A DNA stretch of 64,000 bases from Eubacteriales bacterium (lineage in GTDB: Bacteria; Bacillota; Clostridia; Oscillospirales; CAG-272). Below, in pieces: positions 42,260-51,885 of the stretch. The stretch's first letter is position 1. Each line of letters begins with the position of its first letter. The DNA lies in NCBI GenBank assembly GCA_045120465.1, contig JBGVEW010000071.1, positions 6,444 through 70,443 on the forward strand, written 5' to 3'. The notes beneath the pieces were generated by a model. The model did not search any database and was not told where the DNA came from. It worked only from the letters and a program-made list of their open reading frames with translations. Both the position numbers and the translations under genes were made by a program.

Positions 42260-43243
42260 ATGAAAAAAGTACCGATCTGCTTGAAAATCGACGATCCCGC
42301 GCCCGTGATCTCGGTGTATCACGAGCACGCAAAAAGTCCTACGACCCGCGATGGGCGGCCGCTGATTTCCACCTACCCAAATTCCTTCCTGTTTTCCTTT
42401 TGCGATCTCATGGAACAATACGGGCTTAAGGGAAAATTCAGCGTTGTCCCGATGCCGGGCAACAAAGGGGATATCGTCAACGGCTTGAATGGTGTTGACC
42501 CCAAGGAGCTTACGGAGTGGCTCGATACCGTCCGCACGCGTGTGGCGAAGAATTTTTCGCTGACGCCCGAAATGCTGACGCATCACAAGGCGATCGATCT
42601 TGCTACGGGGAAGGCACTCGACGTAAGAGAGGACGATTTTTCCGCGACGCAGGACCGTGCGACACTGACCTCCTACGTTGCAAAGGCACTCTCCATTTTA
42701 AAGGAAGCACGCATCCACACGATAGGTATTACCTCTCCGTGGTCGTTTGGAATCAAGGTTGAGGAAGAATACGAAAAGGCAATTTCGCAGGCGGTTTACG
42801 ACGTAACGGGCTCAAAAAAGGCATGGTTCTTCCTTCGCGAGCGTTCGGGCGTTCCCAACGCAAAGCCTTGGATTGCAAGAGAGGAGGATGGTCGCGTGCT
42901 GGTTGCCATCCCCGCCACAACGCGCGATCACATCTGGCAAACGATGGATACCACCGAGGATAGCGCGAAATACGTTTCGTCGGTAGCTGATTTGTGGATC
43001 ACAGAGGACGGAAAAGACGGCGAGATCATCCGTATTCTCGAAACCGGCGGATATCCTATTATGATTACGCATTGGCAGAGCCTGATCTCTAACGGAAGCG
43101 GTGTCGGCTTGCGCGTTTTGAAAGAGGTCGCGCGCCGTATTGAAACGCATCTTCTTGACCGCGTGGAATGGATGACGTGCGATGAGATCATGGAGCTCGT
43201 TCTGGCAAATCCCGAGGAGCATCCCAAGCCTTGCTTTGATTAA
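42260..43243 (+). CDS. hypothetical soluble protein (327 aa)
   Basis: Start at ATG 42260 with GGAGG 7 nt upstream (MKKVPICLKIDDPAPVISVYHEH...). I do not confidently recognise a family. It may have a deacetylase or glycosidase-like barrel, but that is a guess. Confidence 0.55.
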   Translation: MKKVPICLKIDDPAPVISVYHEHAKSPTTRDGRPLISTYPNSFLFSFCDLMEQYGLKGKFSVVPMPGNKGDIVNGLNGVDPKELTEWLDTVRTRVAKNFSLTPEMLTHHKAIDLATGKALDVREDDFSATQDRATLTSYVAKALSILKEARIHTIGITSPWSFGIKVEEEYEKAISQAVYDVTGSKKAWFFLRERSGVPNAKPWIAREEDGRVLVAIPATTRDHIWQTMDTTEDSAKYVSSVADLWITEDGKDGEIIRILETGGYPIMITHWQSLISNGSGVGLRVLKEVARRIETHLLDRVEWMTCDEIMELVLANPEEHPKPCFD

Positions 43244-43258
43244 GGCGAGGGCTGCCTA

Positions 43259-43723
43259 TTATCTTCGCTTGCGCTTTTTGCGAGTTGCCGTGCGTGAGCC
43301 GAGATATCCCCCAAAAACAGAGCAAGCGAAAAACGCGACGTGCAGAAGAGCGGAGAGCCATGCGGGATATCCCGACGCGTGCGAGCGAAAAAAGAGGGAA
43401 GCGAGGAGCATTAAGGCACTCATGCCGCATCCGTTCAAAAGTCCGCACAAAAGTGCCGAATGCTTGTGCATCTTTGCCGCGATCATGCCCCCCACCGTGG
43501 CACTGATACATGCTGCGGCAATTCCGAGCGGCGCGATCAGGGGCGTGGGGTTGGGCGAAAAATAAAGCCCCAAGGATAGCAAAAGCAATAGACCCAAAGC
43601 GATCAGAACGGTAAGAAAGAGGCTTTTTGCAACGTTTTGCATCAAAAAGCCGGGAGAATCCTCAGCCTCAGGTCTTGAAGGCTGTGCGCGACGGGTTCTT
43701 TTACGGGAAAACGTAGAATTCAT
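43259..43723 (-). CDS. small integral membrane protein (4 TM), hypothetical
   Basis: Start at ATG 43723 with GGAGG upstream. Basic N- and C-termini (RKRTRR.., ..TRKKRKRR). Gly/Ala-rich helices. Confidence 0.6.
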   Translation of the reverse strand: MNSTFSRKRTRRAQPSRPEAEDSPGFLMQNVAKSLFLTVLIALGLLLLLSLGLYFSPNPTPLIAPLGIAAACISATVGGMIAAKMHKHSALLCGLLNGCGMSALMLLASLFFRSHASGYPAWLSALLHVAFFACSVFGGYLGSRTATRKKRKRR

Positions 43724-43790
43724 AGAAAAAAACCTCCGTTGGGAAGATGTTGTTCTAACATATTCCAACAGAGGTTTTTTTATGCACGCA

Positions 43791-44069
43791 TCAAGCGTCT
43801 GCGTCTTCTGCTTTTACGTCCACACGGCTGACCGCAGATTTGAGAATGCGGATCTTGGTGCGCTCGTGCGTGGTTTCGATCACGCAGGTTTCTTCCTTGA
43901 TGCTGACGATTTTGCCGATGATGCCACCGATCGTGGTGATCTCATCGCCAACCGCCAGATTGTTGCGCATGTTGTTTTGCTCCTGCTCCTGCTTTTTTTG
44001 CGGGCGGATCATAAAGAAATACATCGCAATCAATACCACAACGATCGGTAAGAATCCAAGAAATTCCAT
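43791..44069 (-). CDS. yajC: preprotein translocase subunit YajC
   Basis: MEFLGFLPIVVVLIAMYFFMIRPQKKQEQEQ...GDEITTIGGIIGKIVSI. I chose ATG 44069 because GGAGGG lies 8 nt upstream; the track start is 44093. Confidence 0.85.
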   Translation of the reverse strand: MEFLGFLPIVVVLIAMYFFMIRPQKKQEQEQNNMRNNLAVGDEITTIGGIIGKIVSIKEETCVIETTHERTKIRILKSAVSRVDVKAEDADA

Positions 44070-44213
44070 AACAGTACCCTCCATAAATGCCATAATTGTC
44101 TATAGCATAACCGATTTTCACGGAATATACAAGTCCTAAATTGTAAATATTTTCAAAACTTACAATCTTTTCTTGAAAAAGAAGAAAAAAGCAAGGAAAA
44201 GCGTTTTCAAATC

Positions 44214-44242
44214 TTGCATTTTTCGGGGGAATGTGCTATACT
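44214..44242 (+). promoter_or_regulatory. sigma-A-type promoter for rimM-trmD
   Basis: TTGCAT (44214-44219), 17 nt spacer, TATACT (44237-44242). Confidence 0.45.
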
Positions 44243-44275
44243 ATAAACAATATCGAGAAAGGATGTTTTACTCTT

Positions 44276-44800
44276 ATGAAGCTTGCCTATCTGCCTGCGG
44301 GCAGAATCATCAATACGCACGGCTTTCGCGGAACCGTAAAGCTTGAGTCCTGGTGCGATTCTCCGGACGTTTTGGCTGCGCTTCCGGTTTTGTATTTTCA
44401 AAGCGGAGAGAGCTACCGCCCTCGCCGTGTCCTTCGCGCCTCTGTTTTTAAGCAATTCGTTCTGGTGGATCTGGAGGGGGTGGAGAGCGAGGAGGCGGCA
44501 AATCGTCTTCGAAACACGGAGGTGTTTGCATCCCGTGAGGATCTTCCCGTAGAGGAAGGCAGCTTCTTTATTTCCGATCTGTTGGGGCTTCCCGTCAAGC
44601 ATGCGGATACGGGGGAGGTGCTCGGAACGCTGTCGGACGTTAACACAAGCGGTGCGCGTGATCTTTATATGATCAAAACCGCAACGGGCGTTTATCCGAT
44701 TCCCGCGGTTCCCGAGTTCATTACGCATATCGACCCCGATGATGCCGTTTATCTCCGTCCCATCCCGGGGCTCCTCGACGGAGGTGCCGAAAACGTATGA
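44276..44800 (+). CDS. rimM: 16S rRNA processing protein RimM
   Basis: MKLAYLPAGRIINTHGFRGTVKLESW..., with a PRC-barrel C-terminus. ATGA overlap with trmD. Confidence 0.9.
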   Translation: MKLAYLPAGRIINTHGFRGTVKLESWCDSPDVLAALPVLYFQSGESYRPRRVLRASVFKQFVLVDLEGVESEEAANRLRNTEVFASREDLPVEEGSFFISDLLGLPVKHADTGEVLGTLSDVNTSGARDLYMIKTATGVYPIPAVPEFITHIDPDDAVYLRPIPGLLDGGAENV

Positions 44801-45507
44801 GATTTGATATTATGACCCTGTTTCCCGATCTTGTGGATACGGTGCTGGGAGAAAGTATCATCGGCAGAGCACAAAAGAGCGGAGCGATCACGGTGCGCAC
44901 GCACAACATCAGAGATTACTCCGAGGATAAGCACCGCCGCGTGGATGATACCCCTTACGGTGGTGGAAAAGGGATGCTGATGATGGCACCCCCGATCTAC
45001 AATTGCTATACCGCCATTCTCCGCATGCAAGAGGAGGAGGGATACGCTACCGAACGTCGCCGCGTGATCTATCTTTCCCCAACGGGCAAGGTGCTCAACC
45101 AAAGCCGTGCTGCCGAATTGGCAAGAGATTACGACAACCTGATCCTTTTGTGCGGACATTACGAGGGGGTTGACCGCCGCATCGTGGACGAGATTGTGGA
45201 TGAGGAGATCTCGATCGGGGATTACGTTCTCACGGGCGGAGAGATCCCCGCGTGTATTCTGACCGATGCCGTGGCACGCCTTGTGGACGGTGTTTTGTCG
45301 GATGCCGAGTGCTACGAAAAAGAGAGCATTTCCTCGGGACTTTTGGAGTATCCGCAATATACGCGCCCTTATGAATTTCACGGTGTCAAGGTGCCGGACG
45401 TGCTGATTTCGGGACACCACGCAAACATCGATAAATGGAGAGACGAGCAGGCAATGGAGATGACCGAACGCCTGCGCCCCGATCTCCTTGAGCAATCAAA
45501 AAATTAA
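44797..45507 (+). CDS. trmD: tRNA (guanine37-N1)-methyltransferase
   Basis: MRFDIMTLFPDL..., LLCGHYEGVDRR, SIGDYVLTGGE. Confidence 0.95.
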   Translation: MRFDIMTLFPDLVDTVLGESIIGRAQKSGAITVRTHNIRDYSEDKHRRVDDTPYGGGKGMLMMAPPIYNCYTAILRMQEEEGYATERRRVIYLSPTGKVLNQSRAAELARDYDNLILLCGHYEGVDRRIVDEIVDEEISIGDYVLTGGEIPACILTDAVARLVDGVLSDAECYEKESISSGLLEYPQYTRPYEFHGVKVPDVLISGHHANIDKWRDEQAMEMTERLRPDLLEQSKN

Positions 45508-45607
45508 AATAAGAATAAGAATTTATCTAAAAAACTCCTACATCTGCCATCAAAAAGGCTTATTTTTGCCGTGTTTGAACCCAAAAAGCAGGTGTGGGAG
45601 GTTTTTT

Positions 45608-47437
45608 ATGTCCCGTGAAAGAAGGGAAGGGGTGTTTTGGTCGCTTGCAAAAAGCGGCGCGATCCGTTTGCAAAACGCATGGAAAAACAGTCTGTTCGTT
45701 GGTGCTTTGCGCGCCTATGAGCGCGTGGAGGAGAGATTTTTGAACGGACGTTTTTCTTCCTTAGAGGAAAAGCCCGTTGCCTCGGATACGCCTTTGATCA
45801 GGGTGAAAAACGCACTGATGCAAAGCCGTGAAAAAAGCGTACTGCTTTCTTTGTACGATGCGATGCGTGCTCGGATTTTGAGATTGCCGATTGCACGGAT
45901 CGGACTTTTCGTTTGGCTTTCGGTTCTTTTCGGCGCGGTATTTGCGGTGTTTTTGGAGTTGCCGGTTTCCGGGGCGGATCAAGCCTTGTTGACCTTTCTT
46001 CTCTTGTCGGTTATTCCGCTGTTCGCCTCCCGTCGAACGCTGGCAAGTGCGATTCGCGGAAGTGCAACGTTGGGGCTTCTCGGTAGGAGAGCTTGGCAGT
46101 GCGTGACGGAGTTGCCCGCGGAAACGGCCCGTTCGACAAGCGTTGCCGTTCCGTCCTTACTGCCGATCTCCGTTTTTGCGGGATGGCTTTTGATCCGTGT
46201 CGGTGCTTGCCGCTTGCTGGGCGCTTTTTTGGCGATGCTTGGGGTGGGCGTTTTGCTTTCCTCGCCCGAGCGGTGTTTGGTTCTTGCGTTGAGCACCTTT
46301 CCGTTTTTGCAATTGCTTGCGCATCCCACGGTCGTATTAGCGGGACTTTGCGCCCTGCTTTTGCTCTCGTGGGGAATCAAAGCGGTGTGCGGCAGGCGGG
46401 AGCTTTCCATTGAGGTGTACGATCTGCCCGCGGTACTGTTTTGCCTCTTGCTGTTATTTGGCGGACTGATCTCGCGCGGAAACGTTGCTGACGGATTGGT
46501 TGCCGCACTGCTCGCGAGTGCCTTTCTTCCCGCGCGTCGCCTGTTGGCGGAAGAAAAATGCCAACGCGCGGCACGGATGGGATTGGTGATTTCTTCGTCG
46601 TTGGTTGCGCTGATCGGTGTTTGGCAATTCTTCTTTGGTGATCTTCCTGTTCTGTGGGTCGATCGCAACCGCTTTTCCGATGCGCCCGGGCGCGTGAGTG
46701 CGTTGTTTGGTAATCCCAATCTGCTTGCGATTTATCTGCTTCTTTGTCTGCCGCACGCCCTGCTTGGCGCTTGCAACCGTCACAGATCCCCCCCGATCCG
46801 CACGCTTTTTGCATTTGGAACAGCTTTGCAATCGTTTTGCTTGATCCTTACGTGGTCGCGTGGAGCTTGGCTCGGTTTTTTGCTTGAGCTGGTGTTGTTT
46901 TTGCTCTTTTACAATTCCACCACACGTGCCGTCGCGCTTATTTCCCCAATTCCGCTTGTCGCCGCGCTTCCATGGGTGCCGCATCGCATCACCGACCGCT
47001 TTTTGAGCATCGGGGAGTTGACCGAATCCTCGATCCGTTACCGTCTTTATACGTGGCAGGGCGTGGGGAGGATGGTAGTGGCATATCCGCATGGGATCGG
47101 TGTGGGCGAACAGGCGTTTTCAGCGGTTTATCCGCAGTATGCCGTCAGCGGAACCGAGCGGGTGATGCACGCGCACAATGTGTTTTTAACCGTTGCGATT
47201 GAGTTGGGCATTGCAGGACTTGCCGTTTTCGGTTTGCTTTTGGCGTTGCCGCTCTTGCGCGCCGTTGTACACGGAAGAATTTCCGCGGGCGCTTTATCCA
47301 TTTCGGGTGCGTTGGCGATGGGGTTGTTTGATCACCTGTGGTACGAGAGGGGGATGCTGTTTTTGTTGCTTGTCTCGTTGGCATGGGCAATCGTCGGAGA
47401 GGAGGAAGAGGAATGGAATCCACGTATTCTCGCATAA
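45608..47437 (+). CDS. O-antigen ligase/polymerase-like (Wzy_C) polytopic membrane protein
   Basis: Start at ATG 45608 with GGGAGG upstream. At least 10 TM helices. Contains TWSRGAWLGFLLEL, typical of the O-antigen ligase domain. Confidence 0.7.
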   Translation: MSRERREGVFWSLAKSGAIRLQNAWKNSLFVGALRAYERVEERFLNGRFSSLEEKPVASDTPLIRVKNALMQSREKSVLLSLYDAMRARILRLPIARIGLFVWLSVLFGAVFAVFLELPVSGADQALLTFLLLSVIPLFASRRTLASAIRGSATLGLLGRRAWQCVTELPAETARSTSVAVPSLLPISVFAGWLLIRVGACRLLGAFLAMLGVGVLLSSPERCLVLALSTFPFLQLLAHPTVVLAGLCALLLLSWGIKAVCGRRELSIEVYDLPAVLFCLLLLFGGLISRGNVADGLVAALLASAFLPARRLLAEEKCQRAARMGLVISSSLVALIGVWQFFFGDLPVLWVDRNRFSDAPGRVSALFGNPNLLAIYLLLCLPHALLGACNRHRSPPIRTLFAFGTALQSFCLILTWSRGAWLGFLLELVLFLLFYNSTTRAVALISPIPLVAALPWVPHRITDRFLSIGELTESSIRYRLYTWQGVGRMVVAYPHGIGVGEQAFSAVYPQYAVSGTERVMHAHNVFLTVAIELGIAGLAVFGLLLALPLLRAVVHGRISAGALSISGALAMGLFDHLWYERGMLFLLLVSLAWAIVGEEEEEWNPRILA

Positions 47438-47922
47438 AGCGGATCCGGTTTTCAACGTTTGATTGGATTTTAGTTGCAATTCTGATTTTAGCGATATCGC
47501 TCACGGTATGGCTGTTTGCAGACCGAAACTACGTGCGCAAGGAGGTTGTAGAGATCCGATATCTTCTTTTAATCGAGGAGATCTCCTTTGATCTCAAGGA
47601 AGCGTGGGCGCGCACTCCCGTTGGAAGTGCCGTAACGAACGGAAGCGGTACTGCAACGCTTGGATGGGTCGAATCGGTTGACGTTGAGCCGACTCGGTTT
47701 CCGAGTGTTGTCGATGGAAAGGTCGTTACAGTCGAATCTGCCGATCGCTTCAACGTCACCGTTGCCGTTACGGGGCATGGAAGCGACGAGGGGGCTCAGG
47801 GCTTGCGGATCCTTTCGTACCGTATTGCCGCAGGGGGTACGGGGAGCTTTCGGGTCGGGAACTGTTATGCCGCCAATGCGCGGATCGTTGGGGTAGAGTA
47901 TCTGCCGGAGGAAGAAGGATGA
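47413..47922 (+). CDS. DUF4330-like membrane-anchored protein
   Basis: ATG 47413 with GGAGGAAGAGGA upstream. N-terminal anchor FDWILVAILILAISLTVWLF. Overlaps the previous gene by 25 nt. Family assigned from memory. Confidence 0.5.
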   Translation: MESTYSRIKRIRFSTFDWILVAILILAISLTVWLFADRNYVRKEVVEIRYLLLIEEISFDLKEAWARTPVGSAVTNGSGTATLGWVESVDVEPTRFPSVVDGKVVTVESADRFNVTVAVTGHGSDEGAQGLRILSYRIAAGGTGSFRVGNCYAANARIVGVEYLPEEEG

Positions 47923-48401
47923 CGCGAGAAAAGAAACGTTGGAACGCTTTGGATGCGTTTTGGATTCTTTTGATCCTGCTTTCCGCCGTAGGGATCGCGT
48001 TGCGCGGGTATTCTCTGCGCTCATCGGATACGGCAACGGATGAAACGCTGGTGATGCTTCGTGTGTCGGATCTGCATCCGCTTTTCGCTGCGTGTGTGGA
48101 ATCGGGTGAACCGTTATACCTTCCAAGCGGAGAGGAGTGGGGAAGGCTCGTGTCTGCGGAGCGCGTGCCGACAACGATACGCCTCATCAAGGATGGCAAG
48201 GAGATCGTCGGCACATATGACGAAGCCGATCGGATCGATCTGCTCCTGACCGTGCGCGTGTCCGGAGCTTGGCAGGGGGAACTTTTTTTGCGCAACGGGC
48301 GCGATGCCTTGCTCGTGGGGGAGAGGCGAGAGCTTTACGGAAAACGGATCTATCTTGCGGCAACGGTCGCATCGGTTGAAAACAGGATTCCCAAAAACTG
48401 A
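47919..48401 (+). CDS. DUF4330-like membrane-anchored protein (second copy)
   Basis: ATGA overlap with the previous gene. N-terminal anchor LDAFWILLILLSAVGIAL. Confidence 0.5.
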   Translation: MTREKKRWNALDAFWILLILLSAVGIALRGYSLRSSDTATDETLVMLRVSDLHPLFAACVESGEPLYLPSGEEWGRLVSAERVPTTIRLIKDGKEIVGTYDEADRIDLLLTVRVSGAWQGELFLRNGRDALLVGERRELYGKRIYLAATVASVENRIPKN

Positions 48402-48460
48402 AAAAAAGACCTATGCCGACAGGAAAATGTATCTATTTTGCACGAAAAGTTGTAAAAGAC

Positions 48461-48515
48461 TTGTGAAAATCTTATAAGTTTGACTATTGATTTTCACAAA
48501 ACATTCTGCTATACT
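48461..48515 (+). promoter_or_regulatory. ptsH promoter with a perfect 11-bp inverted repeat (candidate operator)
   Basis: TTGTGAAAATC (48461-48471), 17 nt spacer, GATTTTCACAA (48489-48499). The right arm overlaps the -35 TTGATT (48487-48492). Another 17 nt leads to TATACT (48510-48515). Confidence 0.45.
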
Positions 48516-48593
48516 ATTATTAAGTATCAAACCTGCGAGTTCGTATTTTCGGAATCGGACGGGTAACATTTTTAGATAGGGAGCGAACGCATT

Positions 48594-48860
48594 ATGATTT
48601 CACGCGATATCGTTATCACCAATACCAGTGGCTTGCACGCCCGCCCGGCAACCTTTTTCATCCAGAGAGCCAACACCTACAAGTCCTCCATCTGGATCGA
48701 GAAGGATGACCGCAAGGTCAATGCAAAAAGCTTGCTTGGCGTACTGTCTTTGGGCATTGCCAAGGATATGACGGTCACTCTGATTGCAGAGGGTCAGGAT
48801 GAGAATGCCGCAATTTCGGGTTTGGTCGAACTGATCGACAGCGGATTTTCCGAAATTTAA
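48594..48860 (+). CDS. ptsH: phosphocarrier protein HPr
   Basis: 88 aa. His15 context TSGLHARPA and Ser46 context VNAKSLLGVLSLG. Confidence 0.92.
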   Translation: MISRDIVITNTSGLHARPATFFIQRANTYKSSIWIEKDDRKVNAKSLLGVLSLGIAKDMTVTLIAEGQDENAAISGLVELIDSGFSEI

Positions 48861-48881
48861 CGGTTCAATCGGATAAGCATG

Positions 48882-48936
48882 GCGGTGCGCATGGGCGAAA
48901 CGACGGAATGGTTCGCACAGCGCACCGCTTTTGTTT
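48882..48936 (+). terminator. intrinsic terminator after ptsH
   Basis: GCGGTGCGC (48882-48890) pairs with GCGCACCGC (48920-48928). An inner GCGAA/TTCGC helix is present. Followed by TTTTGTTT. Confidence 0.55.
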
Positions 48937-48954
48937 ACAAAAGGGGGGAGAGCA

Positions 48955-50814
48955 ATGCCGCAAAGCGAAGAGGTCAGACAACGGCTGTTGGAAAAGGCGA
49001 ACGGACTTCCTTTGTCGTCGGGCGTTTATATCATGCGCGATCGAGGTGGCAAAGTGATCTACGTGGGAAAGTCGAGAAAGCTTAAAAACCGCGTGTCCCA
49101 GTATTTTCAAAACGGTGAAAAGAACGTCAAAACCGCGCGGATGGTCGCATCGGTTGCGGATTTCGACTACTATCTTTGCGACAACGAGATGGAAGCGCTT
49201 TCTCTGGAAAACACGCTCATCAAGCAATACACTCCCAAATATAATATCCGTTTAAAGGATGCAAAATCTTATCCTTATATCAAATTGGAGGCAGGTGCAT
49301 ATCCGCGCCCCAAGTTTACGAGAAAGCGGGATTCAGACCGCGCAAAATATTTTGGACCGTATTCCGGCTCGGGTACCGCATACGCGCTGATCGAATTGCT
49401 TTCCTCAACGCTCAAGCTTCCAACCTGCTCGCGCGTTTTTCCCAGAGATATCGGGCGCGGCAGACCTTGCATCAATTATCAAATCAACCGCTGCTGCGGT
49501 GTTTGTACGGGAAACGTCAGCCCCGAGGAGTATGGTGAACGCATCAAATACGTCAGCGAGCTATTGGGCGGAAGAACGGGTGAGGTCAAGCGTCAATTGG
49601 AAAAGCAGATGTACGCTTATGCCGAGGAGGAGCGTTTTGAGGCGGCGGCAAGATGTCGGGATACGCTTCTTGCGCTGGACCGCATTTCGCAAAAGCAAAA
49701 GGTCGTGGCGTCTCCCGATACCGAGCAGGACGTAGTTGCGCTCTATTCGGATGACGTTTGTTCCTGTGTATCGGTCTTTTATATCCGCGCGGGTGTTCTT
49801 CAGGATAAGGCGGATTTTTTGTACGGTGCGGACAGTATTCTCGAAGCCGAGGATATGACCACCTTTTTGTGTGAGCATTACAAGTCGCGCGAATATATTC
49901 CGCCTCGGATCCTGCTTTCGTTCTCCTTGGAGGACGAGGATACCGAAACCATCGGTGCGTATCTCTCGCAGGTTGCGGGGCGGCGCGTTACGGTGCATAC
50001 TCCCGAACGAGGAACGTTGCGCACGCTTTGCGATATGGTGGAAAAGAATGCCGCCGAGCGCGCAAAGCTTTACCAAAGTGATACCGATAAAACCGAGGGG
50101 ACGCTGGCGCGCCTTTCGGGAATGCTTTGTCTGGAAAATTATCCGGAGCGCATTGAGGCGTACGATATTTCCAATCTCGGTTCGGAGCATCTGACCGCCG
50201 GGATGATCGTTTGCGAAAACGGAAAATTTCAAAAGAGCGATTACCGCTCCTTTTCCATCAAATCGGTAGAGGGAACCGACGACTACGCATCTATGCGCGA
50301 GGCGCTTTCGCGCAGACTTTCGCATCTTTCGGATGTGGAGGGAGCGTTTTCCAAGCTTCCCGATCTGATCCTTCTTGACGGAGGACGCGGACACGTTTCC
50401 ACGGTTCGAGAACTGCTTTCGGAGCTGGGGCTGGAGATTCCCGTGTTTGGTATGGTCAAGGACGATTACCACAAAACGCGTGCGCTTTGTACCGATTGTG
50501 AGGAGATCAGCATTGCAAGAGAACAGGACGTGTTTACGCTGATCTATCGGATCCAGGAGGAGGTTCACCGTTATACCGTAGGGCGGATGACGGGAGCCAA
50601 GCGAAAAACGCTCAAGACCTCGACCCTGACCCAAATCGAGGGGATTGGTGAGGCAAAGGCAAAAAAACTGCTTGCTGCGTTTGGAGGATTGCGTGCTTTA
50701 AAGCAGGCAAGCGAGGCGGAGATGTTGGCAGTGCCCGGCATCGGTGCACGCGATGCCGCCGCCGTTTGCGCATATTTTGAAGAAGAACGAAGAAAAAAGG
50801 AGAAAAAGCCATGA
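48955..50814 (+). CDS. uvrC: excinuclease ABC subunit C
   Basis: Start at ATG 48955. GIY-YIG domain (SGVYIMRDRGGKVIYVGKSRKLKNRVSQYF), a UVR domain, and a C-terminal HhH2 (IEGIGEAKAKKLL). Confidence 0.95.
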   Translation: MPQSEEVRQRLLEKANGLPLSSGVYIMRDRGGKVIYVGKSRKLKNRVSQYFQNGEKNVKTARMVASVADFDYYLCDNEMEALSLENTLIKQYTPKYNIRLKDAKSYPYIKLEAGAYPRPKFTRKRDSDRAKYFGPYSGSGTAYALIELLSSTLKLPTCSRVFPRDIGRGRPCINYQINRCCGVCTGNVSPEEYGERIKYVSELLGGRTGEVKRQLEKQMYAYAEEERFEAAARCRDTLLALDRISQKQKVVASPDTEQDVVALYSDDVCSCVSVFYIRAGVLQDKADFLYGADSILEAEDMTTFLCEHYKSREYIPPRILLSFSLEDEDTETIGAYLSQVAGRRVTVHTPERGTLRTLCDMVEKNAAERAKLYQSDTDKTEGTLARLSGMLCLENYPERIEAYDISNLGSEHLTAGMIVCENGKFQKSDYRSFSIKSVEGTDDYASMREALSRRLSHLSDVEGAFSKLPDLILLDGGRGHVSTVRELLSELGLEIPVFGMVKDDYHKTRALCTDCEEISIAREQDVFTLIYRIQEEVHRYTVGRMTGAKRKTLKTSTLTQIEGIGEAKAKKLLAAFGGLRALKQASEAEMLAVPGIGARDAAAVCAYFEEERRKKEKKP

Positions 50815-51386
50815 TGCGTATTATCACGGGCAAGGCAAGAGGGACGCATTTGGTGACTCTTGCGGGAGACGCGACGCGTCCTACGGCAGAGCGAACCAAG
50901 GAAGCGGTGTTTTCCATCCTTCGCGCATCCATTCCCGATAGCGAGGTGCTGGATCTGTTTGCGGGTTCGGGACAATTGGGGTTAGAGGCAATCAGCCAAG
51001 GGGCAAAGCATGCCGTTCTGTGCGATGCCTCTCGTGAAGCAATCCGCGTCATTCGCACCAATGCCGAAAAAACGCATCTTTCGGAGCAATGCGAGATCGT
51101 TTGCTCGGATGCCGCGGCATTTCTTTCGCGGTGCGTGGGAAATCGAAAGTTTGATCTTGTTTTTCTCGATCCGCCTTATGCATTGCACCTCATTCCGCAA
51201 ATGCTTACAATCCTTTCCCAAAAGCAACTGCTCCAAAAGGACGCTCGTATCATGTGCGAGACCGCGAATGCGGAGGACGTGTTTGGAGGATCGGCGGAGC
51301 TGAATGAGCGTTACGAGGTTTTGCGAGCTTCCCGTTACGGAGCGGCGCAGGTGACGATTTTGAACCCGAAGGGAGAATTCGTATGA
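50811..51386 (+). CDS. rsmD: 16S rRNA (guanine966-N2)-methyltransferase
   Basis: MRIITGKARGTHL, DLFAGSGQLGLEAISQGA, FLDPPY. ATGA overlap with uvrC. Confidence 0.88.
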   Translation: MMRIITGKARGTHLVTLAGDATRPTAERTKEAVFSILRASIPDSEVLDLFAGSGQLGLEAISQGAKHAVLCDASREAIRVIRTNAEKTHLSEQCEIVCSDAAAFLSRCVGNRKFDLVFLDPPYALHLIPQMLTILSQKQLLQKDARIMCETANAEDVFGGSAELNERYEVLRASRYGAAQVTILNPKGEFV

Positions 51387-51859
51387 GTCTTGCAATCGTT
51401 CCCGGGAGCTTTGACCCGATGACCTTGGGGCATTTGGATATCGTTCAAACGGTTGCCGCCCGATATGACGAGGTGGTGGTTGCCGTGATGATCAATCGAG
51501 CCAAACGCTATTATTTTGATATGGAAACCCGTCTTGAAATCGCCAAGCGAACGGTTGCGGAGCTTCCCAACGTTCGCGTCATTGCGGACACGGGGCTTTT
51601 GATCGATCTGTATGACCGTCTTGGAGCGGATGCGGTTTGCAAGGGGTGGCGAAACCAAAAGGACTATGATTACGAGCTGCATATGGCAGATTGGAATCAA
51701 GCGCATAACCCGCGCTTCAAAACCGAAATGATCCGTGCCAAAAACGCGCACGCAGATCTCAGCTCCACCTTGGTACGCCAAAAGCTGGAGTGTGGTGAGG
51801 ACGTCGGTGAATACGTTCATCCCCAAGTACTGCCGCTCCTTTTACAGAACAAACGTTGA
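51383..51859 (+). CDS. coaD: pantetheine-phosphate adenylyltransferase
   Basis: AIVPGSFDPMTLGHLDIV (T/HxGH motif). 158 aa. ATGA overlap with rsmD. Confidence 0.93.
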   Translation: MSLAIVPGSFDPMTLGHLDIVQTVAARYDEVVVAVMINRAKRYYFDMETRLEIAKRTVAELPNVRVIADTGLLIDLYDRLGADAVCKGWRNQKDYDYELHMADWNQAHNPRFKTEMIRAKNAHADLSSTLVRQKLECGEDVGEYVHPQVLPLLLQNKR

Positions 51860-51885
51860 ATGTTGATTACGATTGGAGGAACACT

